From assembly GCA_964488685.1 (NCBI GenBank), contig CAZAVY010000003.1, positions 1,106 to 65,105 of the forward strand: DNA of 64,000 nucleotides, given 5' to 3'. Each line of letters opens with the position of its first letter. Within the stretch, counting starts at the first letter, position 1. Under the pieces are notes generated by a model that was not told where the DNA came from, ran no database searches, and saw only the letters and a program-made list of their open reading frames with translations. Below are positions 1 to 7,359 of this stretch, one piece after another. The position numbers were made by a program, and so were the translations under genes. The DNA comes from an uncultured Gammaproteobacteria bacterium (lineage in GTDB: Bacteria > Pseudomonadota > Gammaproteobacteria > GCA-001735895).

Positions 1-581
1 TAGACCACGGTAAGTCCGAGGTTTTCGTGGATATGCTTGATTTCGTACTGCATCTGTTCGCGCAGGTTCTTGTCGAGCGCACCTAATGGTTCATCCATCA
101 AAACCAGATCCGGGTCGAACACCAGCGAACGCGCTACTGCGACACGCTGCGCCTGCCCGCCCGACAGCTGCGCCGGTCGGCGGTCGCCAAACGCGCCCAG
201 TTGCACCATGTCGAGCGCTCGCTTGACGCGTTGTTCGCGTTCGGATTTGTCGATGTGGCGCACTTCCAGCGGGAAGGCGAGGTTTTCGGATACGGTCATG
301 TGCGGGAATAATGCGTAATTCTGGAATACCATGCCGATACCGCGCTTATGCGGCGCCACCTTGTTGATCGGGTTACCGTTGAGGTAGATCTCACCGTGGG
401 TTGCCGGCTCAAACCCCGCCAGCATCATCAGGCAAGTGGTTTTGCCCGACCCGGACGGCCCCAGCATGGTCAGAAACTCGCCCTTGGCGACATCGAGGTT
501 CAGGCTCTTTACAACCAGCGTCTCACCATCGTAACTTTTTTGTATATCGACGAAGCGTACAAGGGAATTCTCACTCGACAT
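1..581 (-). CDS. ABC transporter ATP-binding subunit (importer-type, PotA/UgpC-like); 3' end runs off the window
   Basis: Own translation of the minus strand from the ATG at 581-579 gives MSSENSLVRFVDIQKSYDGETLVVKSLNLDVAKGEFLTMLGPSGSGKTT (Walker A), then QLSGGQAQRVAVARSLVFDPDLVLMDEPLGALD (ABC signature and Walker B). It is missing from the ORF track because there is no stop codon inside the window. Confidence 0.85.
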   Translation of the reverse strand, partial: MSSENSLVRFVDIQKSYDGETLVVKSLNLDVAKGEFLTMLGPSGSGKTTCLMMLAGFEPATHGEIYLNGNPINKVAPHKRGIGMVFQNYALFPHMTVSENLAFPLEVRHIDKSEREQRVKRALDMVQLGAFGDRRPAQLSGGQAQRVAVARSLVFDPDLVLMDEPLGALDKNLREQMQYEIKHIHENLGLTVV

Positions 582-802
582 GGCTAGCAATTCTCGGTTG
601 CTTATTATGACTCTGTTTAATTCTGGTTATTTCGCTATGACCGGAATATCTCTCTATCCTCGAAACGCAGCGTCTTCGGTAACGGCAAACTCTAACGGCC
701 TTACCCGGCAAAATCAACCGTTTTGTCCCGGATGTACACCGGCCCGGGAAAGCTTATCCGCCCTGACTGAACCACATCTGAACAGGCCAGTACATCGAAT
801 TC

Positions 803-1318
803 TCAGCCCAGGACTTTATTGGAATCACCCATCGCCGGGTCGAGACTCTGGTAGCGACAGTTGTAGGTGATAACCTCACCCTTGACCCCGCCGATATTAC
901 TTTGCACCCGCGTGGCAATCAGGGTTTCCACTTTAAAATTGAGGGCGAAGGTCCAGCTTTCGTTGGAAAACGGATTTGAAGCCGAAGAAACCACGATCAG
1001 ACTGCTTTTGGTGCGCGAGCGAATTTTAATCAGGTTATGTGATTTGTCGGTGGTTTCGATCTTGATCGAAGGGCCCTTGTCACCTCGCGGTTTCCAGATA
1101 AAGCTGACATTGGATTTCATATCGCTGAAATTTTCCGCCATCATCCATTCGGAGAACCGGGAATTTATTTTTTCCGAAGGTTTTTGCGAGACGTATTCCC
1201 GGTGGCGTCCAAGCAGGCTGGATTGATCACTGATACAGGAAATTGTATTTTGCAGGTTGATGTCGGCTGCCTGCGCCGCCAGTGGTAGTAGCAGAATAAC
1301 AGTGAGAAGAATTCTCAT
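803..1318 (-). CDS. hypothetical exported protein
   Basis: Lies in ORF 803..1447. The internal Met gives MRILLTVILLLPLAAQA/ADINL, a signal-peptide-like N-terminus. No family recognised. Confidence 0.45.
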   Translation of the reverse strand: MRILLTVILLLPLAAQAADINLQNTISCISDQSSLLGRHREYVSQKPSEKINSRFSEWMMAENFSDMKSNVSFIWKPRGDKGPSIKIETTDKSHNLIKIRSRTKSSLIVVSSASNPFSNESWTFALNFKVETLIATRVQSNIGGVKGEVITYNCRYQSLDPAMGDSNKVLG

Positions 1319-1507
1319 TGCTGCATTATAACGCTTTGGACAGTGGCTGCACAGAGCATCCCGTCTGTACTCGTTCAACCTCACCCGGTAAAGGTTCAGG
1401 CGCCCGGCTGGGTTTATAACACCGGTGCAACGGTAAAACAGCAACAATCGGAGAGTTTCGCGTAACCCGTTTGAATAACATGGTGATCATATTCAACCTG
1501 GCGGAGT

Positions 1508-2380
1508 ATGATTGTGTCCATGTCACAGCAAAACCACAAAACGCTGCAAAAGTTTATCGAGCTGGCGCGCTATATCGCCACCAACGCCGATGAGCAGATA
1601 ACCCTCGAGACGCTCGCCGCAAGGGTTCATTTATCGCCATCGCGGATGCAGCGCGTTTTTAAATCCGTGTTCGGCGTCTCGCCAAAGAAATTTCAGCAAG
1701 CCGTGCGCAGCGACAAATTCAAACTCTTGCTGCGTGCCGGTTCCGATATTACCGAAGCGATCTTTGAAGCGGGTTACGGCTCCACCAGCCGGGTCTATGG
1801 TCAGACCATGCATAATATCGGAATGACGCCTAAGCGATATCGTGCCGGTGGCAAGGGAGAAACCCTGACCTGGGTTTGTCGAGACACGGCGCTCGGGCCT
1901 ATCCTGATGGCAGCCACCGACCGCGGAGTCTGCTTTGCGCAATTCGGCGAGGACTGCGAAGCGCTCGCAGTTCAGTTACAGGCCGAATTCCCGCAGGCGC
2001 AACTACAGGCTTATCCAGATGTATCGTCGCATCAGCTCGATCATTGGATTGACTCGCTCAACGCCTATATCCAGAATCAACAACCACGTCCGGATTTGCC
2101 GCTCGACTTGAAAGGCACCGCGTTTCAGATCAAGGTCTGGGAGTTTCTGTTGAGCCTCAAAGATGGAGATGTGATCAGTTATTCCGAACTGGCGCAGGGG
2201 ATCGCCAAGCCCGGCGCGGTGCGTGCGGCGGCATCGGCCTGTGCCGCAAACAAGATCGCGGTGCTGGTTCCATGCCATCGAATCCTGCGCGCTGACGGCG
2301 GGCTTGGTGGATATCGGTGGGGTCTCGAGCGAAAACGCAGTTTGCTCGATATGGAACGTGCGCGAAAAGACTGGCAATAG
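1508..2380 (+). CDS. AraC-type HTH fused to methylated-DNA--protein-cysteine methyltransferase (Ada C-terminal-like)
   Basis: 290 aa. The N-terminal AraC-family HTH (LSPSRMQRVFKSVFGVSPKKFQ) is followed by an alkyltransferase domain with the active-site motif PCHRIL and GGYRWG. No N-terminal Cys4 methyl-phosphotriester domain is visible. Confidence 0.85.
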   Translation: MIVSMSQQNHKTLQKFIELARYIATNADEQITLETLAARVHLSPSRMQRVFKSVFGVSPKKFQQAVRSDKFKLLLRAGSDITEAIFEAGYGSTSRVYGQTMHNIGMTPKRYRAGGKGETLTWVCRDTALGPILMAATDRGVCFAQFGEDCEALAVQLQAEFPQAQLQAYPDVSSHQLDHWIDSLNAYIQNQQPRPDLPLDLKGTAFQIKVWEFLLSLKDGDVISYSELAQGIAKPGAVRAAASACAANKIAVLVPCHRILRADGGLGGYRWGLERKRSLLDMERARKDWQ

Positions 2381-2392
2381 AATAGCCTCTAA

Positions 2393-3322
2393 ATGTTACC
2401 CGATATCCTCGACGTAGTGGCCCCGATATTTCTCGTAGTCGGCGCGGGCTACTTCTCGGTCAAGCTGGAGATGACTAGCGCCGAACTGATCGACCAGCTG
2501 ATGAAGTTCGCGATTCAGTTCGCAATTCCCTGCTTGCTTTTCCAGGCAACTTCCGGCATCGACCTGGCAGCCGCGTTCGACTGGCGCATGATGCTGGCTT
2601 ACTACGCAGCCGCAATTTTAAGCTTTGTCGCCACATTCTTTTGCGTCAGGTATTTCTTCAGGCGTCGACCCGGGGAAGCGGTTGCAATCGCTTTCGCAGC
2701 ACTGTTTTCAAACCTGGTCCTGTTGGGGCTACCCATCTCGGAGCGCGCCTGGGGTAGCGCCAGCCTGGCGCCGAATTATGCGCTGGTGTCGGTTAATGCA
2801 CCCATTTGCTACCTGATCGGGATTACCGCGATGGAGTTATTACGGGCCGACGGCCGCACCGCAAGCGAAACTTCACGCATCGTAATCAAGGCCATGTTCC
2901 GCAATAGCCTGATGATTGGCATCGGTCTCGGATTTATCGTCAACCTGAGCGGGGTTGGTCTGCCGGTACCCTTGACTGCTGCCATCGACCTGCTGGCACG
3001 GGCTTCTTTGCCGGTGGCATTGTTCGCTCTTGGAGGTGTGTTAACCCGTTACACAGTTTCCAGATCGCTGGGCGAAGCGGGCTTCGTTTCGGTATTATCC
3101 CTGATCGTACAACCCGCGATAACACTGTTTCTGGGCCTGCAACTTCAGCTGCCTGCAGCGACCACGAAATCGATAGTACTGATGTCGGCGATGGCGCCGG
3201 GACTGAACGCTTTTTTGTTCGCTTCCATGTATAACCGCGGGCTCGATGTCGCGGCGAGCACGATTTTACTGTCGACCATGGTTTCAGTGTTCACCGTCAG
3301 CGCATGGCTGGTTATACTTTGA
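2393..3322 (+). CDS. AEC (auxin efflux carrier) family permease
   Basis: 309 aa and highly hydrophobic. The N-terminus MLPDILDVVAPIFLVVGAGY is typical of the family. Confidence 0.75.
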   Translation: MLPDILDVVAPIFLVVGAGYFSVKLEMTSAELIDQLMKFAIQFAIPCLLFQATSGIDLAAAFDWRMMLAYYAAAILSFVATFFCVRYFFRRRPGEAVAIAFAALFSNLVLLGLPISERAWGSASLAPNYALVSVNAPICYLIGITAMELLRADGRTASETSRIVIKAMFRNSLMIGIGLGFIVNLSGVGLPVPLTAAIDLLARASLPVALFALGGVLTRYTVSRSLGEAGFVSVLSLIVQPAITLFLGLQLQLPAATTKSIVLMSAMAPGLNAFLFASMYNRGLDVAASTILLSTMVSVFTVSAWLVIL

Positions 3323-3346
3323 ATGCGAACACAGGATGATTCGAAT

Positions 3347-3514
3347 CTTAGCCCGGAGATTTCATGAACTGCCGCGATGATTGCGCAGGACTTTGTTTCC
3401 TCAGGAGATTTTCCGAAGAAGTGTCGGACCAATGGATCCGGCCGACTGAGGAAGGTGCCTGAGGAAACAAAGGTCAAGCAAGGGCGCGAGCGGGTTTATG
3501 AAATGTTCGGGTTA
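3347..3514 (+). repeat. 168-bp hairpin-forming dispersed element, copy A (MITE-like or structured RNA)
   Basis: Aligns end to end with 55293..55461 in the same orientation, with only scattered substitutions and one 1-nt indel. The outer arms cccggagatttcatgaac / gtttatgaaatgttcggg and the inner arms ctttgtttcctcagg (3391-3405) / cctgaggaaacaaag (3458-3472) are complementary. Confidence 0.8.
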
Positions 3515-3557
3515 AGGTAATATCGGTAGATTCAACCAATATGACGTACCGATAGCG

Positions 3558-4889
3558 ATGCCAATGAGAACCTGTATTGTCGGTTTGCTGCTGCTCACAA
3601 TGTTGAACGGTTGCGCCAGCTACGGCAAAATCAGCAATCAGCACGTATCAACGCACACCTCCGGGATTAGCTATTCAATCCGCCAGGCAGTGCAATCCGG
3701 ACAATCCCAGGAAGTCACATTGATGCTGGCTTTCTCGGGCGGTGGAACCCGCGCGTCAGCGCTTGCCTATGGCGTTTTGCAGGCGTTGCGCGATAGTAAC
3801 ATCAGGGTAAATCAGCAATCCCGCCGACTGCTGGATGAAATCGACGCGATCAGCTCGGTATCGGGCGGCAGCTTTACCGCCGCTTACTTCGGTCTTTTCG
3901 GAGATCGGTTGTTCACCCACTTCGAGAAGGAATTTCTACGACGCAATGTTGCAGGGAAGCTGTTTTACGGACTTTTCAATCCGGCGTTATGGTTTTCCAG
4001 GCGTGGTCGCACCGAGATGGCGATCAATTATTACGAGAGGACTGTCTTCAAAGGCGCCACATTTGCCGATTTGCGCCTTAACAATGGTCCCTTTATAGTG
4101 ATCAATGCGTCGGATCTGGTGCGGGGTATCCAATTCTCGTTTATCCAGGAAGTTTTTGATTTACTGTGCTCGGATCTGTCATCGTTCCCGGTCTCGAGGG
4201 CGGTCACGGCATCATCCGCGGTACCGATCCTGTTTAACCCGGTGGTTCTGAAAAATCACGCGGATTGTGAATCACGATCCAGTTCGCTCCTGGCCCAGGC
4301 AAAAAAACGGTTCGAGGGTATACCCCAACTCAAAGCGAAGGTTGAAGGGCTGTCAAGTTATGCATTAAAAGACAAACGCCGGTTTATCCATCTGGTAGAT
4401 GGCGGCATTACCGACAATCTGGGTTTACTTGCGCTTTACGATATTGTCGAGGTTGCCGGTGGCGCAAGACAATTCATGCGCAATGTAGGTGCGAAACCCA
4501 CGTCAAAACTGGTTATAATATCGGTTAATGCTTCTACCAAACCACGATACGTGATGGAGCGCAGCAACAAAGTTCCGTCGCTCGAAGACACCATTAACGC
4601 CGTATCCGACATCCAGCTTCACAACGCCAATGCAGCAACCCTTCAAACCCTAAAAACCAGTGTAAAAAGATGGTCCGCTGATCTATCAACGGCACAGCAA
4701 CAGGTTGAGCCCTACTTTATCGAAATCGATTTCGACAGCATTCAACAACCCTCCCGGCGCTTGTTTTATAACCAGATCCCGGTGAGTTTGTCCCTGAAAA
4801 AAAACCAGATCGATAAATTGATTCAAGCCGGGCGTGAGCTGGTACTGTCCAATACCGAGTTTCAGAGATTGATGCGGGATCTGCAATGA
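3558..4889 (+). CDS. patatin-like phospholipase, predicted lipoprotein
   Basis: 443 aa. Lipobox-like LLLLTMLNGC, oxyanion motif FSGGGTRA, nucleophile elbow SVSGGS and catalytic Asp motif DGGITDNLG. Confidence 0.85.
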   Translation: MPMRTCIVGLLLLTMLNGCASYGKISNQHVSTHTSGISYSIRQAVQSGQSQEVTLMLAFSGGGTRASALAYGVLQALRDSNIRVNQQSRRLLDEIDAISSVSGGSFTAAYFGLFGDRLFTHFEKEFLRRNVAGKLFYGLFNPALWFSRRGRTEMAINYYERTVFKGATFADLRLNNGPFIVINASDLVRGIQFSFIQEVFDLLCSDLSSFPVSRAVTASSAVPILFNPVVLKNHADCESRSSSLLAQAKKRFEGIPQLKAKVEGLSSYALKDKRRFIHLVDGGITDNLGLLALYDIVEVAGGARQFMRNVGAKPTSKLVIISVNASTKPRYVMERSNKVPSLEDTINAVSDIQLHNANAATLQTLKTSVKRWSADLSTAQQQVEPYFIEIDFDSIQQPSRRLFYNQIPVSLSLKKNQIDKLIQAGRELVLSNTEFQRLMRDLQ

Positions 4890-4940
4890 GAATTCTTCGC
4901 AGCCTGATCAATTTGTTTACGGGTCGAGCGCAACAGGGGT

Positions 4941-5147
4941 TTAATAACCGTAGGCACGCCACAGCATCGAGCTGCCCGATAGCAACAGGATTCCGATGAT
5001 CAGGTATTGAAACCCGGCCTCGCTGATGTAATGGCGAATGCGTTGCCCGGTCAACAACCCCAGCGCTACCGGAATGACAGCGAAGGCCGAGTAAAGCAGC
5101 AGGCGCTGATCGAGGATGTCGAATCCAGCCCGGGCAAAAGCCGACAA
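4941..5147 (-). pseudogene. possible C-terminal remnant of a TauE/SafE-type membrane protein
   Basis: 68-aa ORF with a TTG start. It has two hydrophobic helices (YSAFAVIPVALGLLTGQRIRHYISEAGFQYLIIGILLLSG) that resemble the last helices of sulfite-exporter TauE/SafE proteins. There is an in-frame stop five codons upstream and no room for the rest of the gene before the neighbouring stop at 5200. Confidence 0.3.
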
Positions 5148-5199
5148 AGGGCGCGCCTGTTACCTGATGCTTCCGTTACAAATTTTAGGCTGTGACCCA

Positions 5200-6933
5200 T
5201 CAGGAGCGTAACCAGGCGATGAAAATTTCAGCGGGAACCGGCTTGCTGAAATAGTAGCCCTGGGCTTTGATGCAGTCGTGCCTGGTAAGAAATTTCAGTT
5301 GCTCGGGAGTTTCTAAACCTTCCGCGATCACTTCCAGTCCCAGCGTATTCGACATGGTGATAATTGCCTCGGTAATCGCATCACAATAGGGATCGGCGCC
5401 TATATCACTGATAAAGGAACGATCAATTTTAAGAATATGTATCGGAAGATCTCTGAGCACCGATAAAGACGAGTAGCCTGTACCGAAATCATCCAGGGCA
5501 AATCGAATGCCGATTTTCCCGAGTTCGAGCATCTTGGCCTGTGCCAGCCGAATATCTTTTAGAATAGTACTTTCGGTCAGTTCGATGACAATTCGAGCTG
5601 GATTTGTACTGGTACGATCCAGAATAGACGTCAAATCACCATAAAAAGTATCATTTTCAAAATGCCTTGCACTGATATTGACACTGATATAATCAAGCGC
5701 GGGTAAACCGTTGACAAAACTGCAGGCCTCGGCGATTACAAACTTCCCTATCTCGCAAACATAGTTGCCGTTTTCCGCCGTGGTTATGAATTTATCGGGC
5801 ATGACCAATCCACGATCCGGATGTCGCCACCTTATCAGTGCCTCTGCTCCGATTGTTTTTTTCGTGTTTAACGCGACTATCGGCTGGTAAAACAATTCGA
5901 ACTGGTCCTTGTTCAAGGCATTGTGCAGATCTTGTTCGACCCAGTAATTAGCCTTGACAGACTCCTCCATCGAAGCGTTAAAAAAACGAACGACGTTTTT
6001 GCCGTCATTTTTTGCCCTATACATCGCCATATCGGCTTGCGTCAACAATGTTTCACTACTGGCGCCACCATCGCTGAACAAGGTTATTCCAATGCTGCAT
6101 CCAATTCGAAGTTCGTGGTCGTCCACATAGATGGGTTCGAGCAATTTGCTGCGAATTTTATCGGTTAACTTGCTCACTTGATCATAGGCGATTTCCTCCT
6201 CGCCTGCCAGACGCGTAAATAGCAATACAAATTCGTCACCGCCGAATCTGGCAACAACATCCTCATGGCGAACATTCTGCTTCAGCCTTTTTGAAAACTC
6301 GACCAATAACCCATCTCCAACCGAATGCCCCAGTGAATCGTTGACGGTTTTAAAATTATCCAGGTCGATAAATAATAGCGCGCCAAATTCTTTATGCCGC
6401 CTGGCGGTGCTGATTGATCGATCCAGGTGCTTGGTAAACAGCGAACGATTGGCCAGCTCGGTTAGAGAATCGTGAAACGCCAGGTGACGAACCCTGGACT
6501 CGGAATCTTTCTGGCGACGAGAGTAACGTATCGAGCGCTCCAGGGTTTCGGCCTTCAGTTGACTCTTTACCAGGTAGTCGGTTGCACCGGCATTGGTGGC
6601 CTGCAAATCGACATCGTGGTTTTCCACTCCGGTTAATAATATCGTCGCCATCTCGGGATGTTCATCCGTTTGAATCATTTCGATCAATTCAATTCCGGTT
6701 ATACCGCCCAGTCGATAATCGACCAGGCAGACATCAAACCGGGTCGACCCAAGTAATTTAATAGCCTTATCAGGGTTGCTTTCCCAGGTTAGCGAATAGT
6801 GATGGCCGTAAGCTTGTTCAAACAGATCGCGTGTTAAAAGGTAGTCGTCTTCATCGTCTTCAATCAGCAATACCGAAATATCCTCCTGCTCGGAATCGTC
6901 GATCTCCAATGCATGGTTTGCAATAATTTGCAT
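5200..6933 (-). CDS. response regulator with GGDEF and EAL domains (c-di-GMP turnover)
   Basis: 577 aa. REC domain (VLLIEDDEDDYLL, VCLVDYRLGG), GGDEF domain (RFGGDEFVLLF) and EAL domain (EALIRW, DDFGTGYSSL, LKIDRSF). Confidence 0.9.
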   Translation of the reverse strand: MQIIANHALEIDDSEQEDISVLLIEDDEDDYLLTRDLFEQAYGHHYSLTWESNPDKAIKLLGSTRFDVCLVDYRLGGITGIELIEMIQTDEHPEMATILLTGVENHDVDLQATNAGATDYLVKSQLKAETLERSIRYSRRQKDSESRVRHLAFHDSLTELANRSLFTKHLDRSISTARRHKEFGALLFIDLDNFKTVNDSLGHSVGDGLLVEFSKRLKQNVRHEDVVARFGGDEFVLLFTRLAGEEEIAYDQVSKLTDKIRSKLLEPIYVDDHELRIGCSIGITLFSDGGASSETLLTQADMAMYRAKNDGKNVVRFFNASMEESVKANYWVEQDLHNALNKDQFELFYQPIVALNTKKTIGAEALIRWRHPDRGLVMPDKFITTAENGNYVCEIGKFVIAEACSFVNGLPALDYISVNISARHFENDTFYGDLTSILDRTSTNPARIVIELTESTILKDIRLAQAKMLELGKIGIRFALDDFGTGYSSLSVLRDLPIHILKIDRSFISDIGADPYCDAITEAIITMSNTLGLEVIAEGLETPEQLKFLTRHDCIKAQGYYFSKPVPAEIFIAWLRS

Positions 6934-6942
6934 CTTGGCGGG

Positions 6943-7359
6943 TCAATTCCTGGCCGGGAGTTCAACCACGTCAAACCAGTAGTCGGTTAGCGCAACGATC
7001 TTGTCCCGCAAACCATCGAAGGTGACAGGCTTGGGGATATAGGAGTTCGCGCCGCAGTTGTAGGACTTGAGAATGTCTTCCTCCGCTTTCGACGTGGTCA
7101 GAATAACGACTGGAATTGACTGGTAGTCTTCATGCGATTTAAGTAACTCCAGCGCCTCTCTTCCATCCATGCGCGGCATATTAAGATCCAGAAGAATGAG
7201 CGCGGGCAGTTTTTTGAGTGGCGTTGATTCGAGCTGTGTGGCCATGTCATGGCCATCAACTGCGGTTATCAAGTCACACAGAAAGCGGGTTTCATCCATT
7301 GCCTCGCGGAACATCAAGCGGTCATCTTCGTCATCATCCACCATCATTATATTAATCAT
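6943..7359 (-). CDS. single-domain CheY-like response regulator
   Basis: 138 aa. Motifs MMVDDDEDDRLMF, LILLDLNMPRMDG and KP. The start overlaps the upstream kinase stop by 8 nt. Confidence 0.9.
   Translation of the reverse strand: MINIMMVDDDEDDRLMFREAMDETRFLCDLITAVDGHDMATQLESTPLKKLPALILLDLNMPRMDGREALELLKSHEDYQSIPVVILTTSKAEEDILKSYNCGANSYIPKPVTFDGLRDKIVALTDYWFDVVELPARN

Noticed and set aside
3145-3477. ORFs reading across the dispersed element (3145..3477 minus; 55145..55417 minus; 55327..55680 plus) that share the peptide [14 protein letters not shown]
   Set aside because: The shared peptide only reflects identical DNA. The 1-nt indel between the copies shifts the frame elsewhere, and the ORFs overlap real genes or run into unrelated flanks. 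The element is non-coding.
3558-4889. Patatin-like (and PLD-like) proteins as effectors of a CBASS-like or other anti-phage defence system
   Set aside because: Both carry lipoprotein-type export signals. Neither has an adjacent cyclase, sensor or NTPase gene, and their neighbours are housekeeping genes.
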